A stretch of 64,000 bases of DNA, from assembly GCF_036321535.1 (NCBI RefSeq), contig NC_087436.1:930001-994000 (forward strand). Reading direction: 5' to 3'. This stretch comes from Camelus dromedarius (taxonomy: Eukaryota). Within the stretch, counting starts at the first letter, position 1, and each line of letters starts with the position of its first letter. This document shows, in pieces, positions 63,846-64,000 of the stretch. The notes beneath the pieces are model-generated. The model was not told the origin of the DNA. It made no database searches and saw nothing but the letters and a program-made list of their open reading frames with translations. The translations under genes and the position numbers were made by a program.

Positions 63846-64000
63846 ACAAGCTAGGTGAAGGACGGCTTTCACACACACTTATCTCTCAGAACTGAGCAAG
63901 TGGAGAGACGTTCGTTCATGTAGCACCAAGGGAACGGGTTGCAGGAGACATTTTTTCTCTGCTTCCTCAGTCTGTTTCCTAGTGCCGGTTTGAAGTTCCT

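Larger units (their letters stand above)
1..64000. repeat. Tandem satellite DNA array, 249-bp monomer, about 257 head-to-tail copies, probably (peri)centromeric; continues past both window edges
   Basis: The same 249-bp unit recurs from end to end (first full unit 249-497). Spurious ORFs recur at multiples of 249 (747, 1992, 2241, 2490). Copies differ only by scattered substitutions and 1-2-bp indels. No unique sequence or strand switch was seen. The centromeric role is inferred, not shown. Confidence 0.99.

Noticed and set aside
1..64000. CRISPR array, integron cassette array or diversity-generating cassette system
   Set aside because: There are no unique spacers or cassettes, since the whole 249-bp unit repeats. 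There is no cas, integrase, recombinase or reverse transcriptase gene.
1..64000. Intact CENP-B box
   Set aside because: By eye, there is no TTCGnnnnAnnCGGG in the consensus. The variant CCCG sites (AGTCCCGG, AACCCGAG) lack the matching CGAA on the reverse pattern.
1..64000. Transposon insertions, inversions or array boundaries
   Set aside because: None seen. Monomer phase and orientation hold throughout, apart from 1-2-bp indels.

Overview
The whole 64-kb window is one uninterrupted, head-to-tail tandem satellite array. It holds about 257 copies of a 249-bp monomer (about 45% GC, counted by hand on the consensus), all in the same orientation. Consensus: CTCTGCTTTCTCAGTCTGTTTCCTAGTGCCGGTTTGAAGTTCCTGCAGTTTTCACTGTAAAACCGAGTTGGAGCTAGTACCTCCCCATATATATGTATGGAATGGAGTTTGCAACTGAAAAGAAACTTTGTGTTCCCAACAAGCTAGGTGAAGGACGGCTTTCACACACACTTATCTCTCAGAACTGAGCAAGTGGAGAGACGTTCGTTCATCTAGCACCAAGGGAACGGGTTGCAGGAGACACTTTTT. 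I saw no genes, RNA genes, transposon insertions, inversions or CRISPR spacers; all listed ORFs are by-products of the repeat. It looks like a eukaryotic (peri)centromeric satellite, but I cannot assign the species from the sequence. The information lies in the variant pattern. There is no single fixed higher-order repeat (HOR); instead there is a nested patchwork of local duplications of 3, 4, 6, 8-10, 12, 13, 16, 18 and 19 monomers. These are built from four recurring monomer modules (here W, X, Y, Z) that cycle in roughly the same order with a 20-25-kb macro-period. The monomer has no intact CENP-B box. It does carry a CENP-B-box-like sequence split by 13 bp and several short dyad symmetries. 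I found no protein-coding or defence-type system here. Block boundaries were placed by eye and are approximate.
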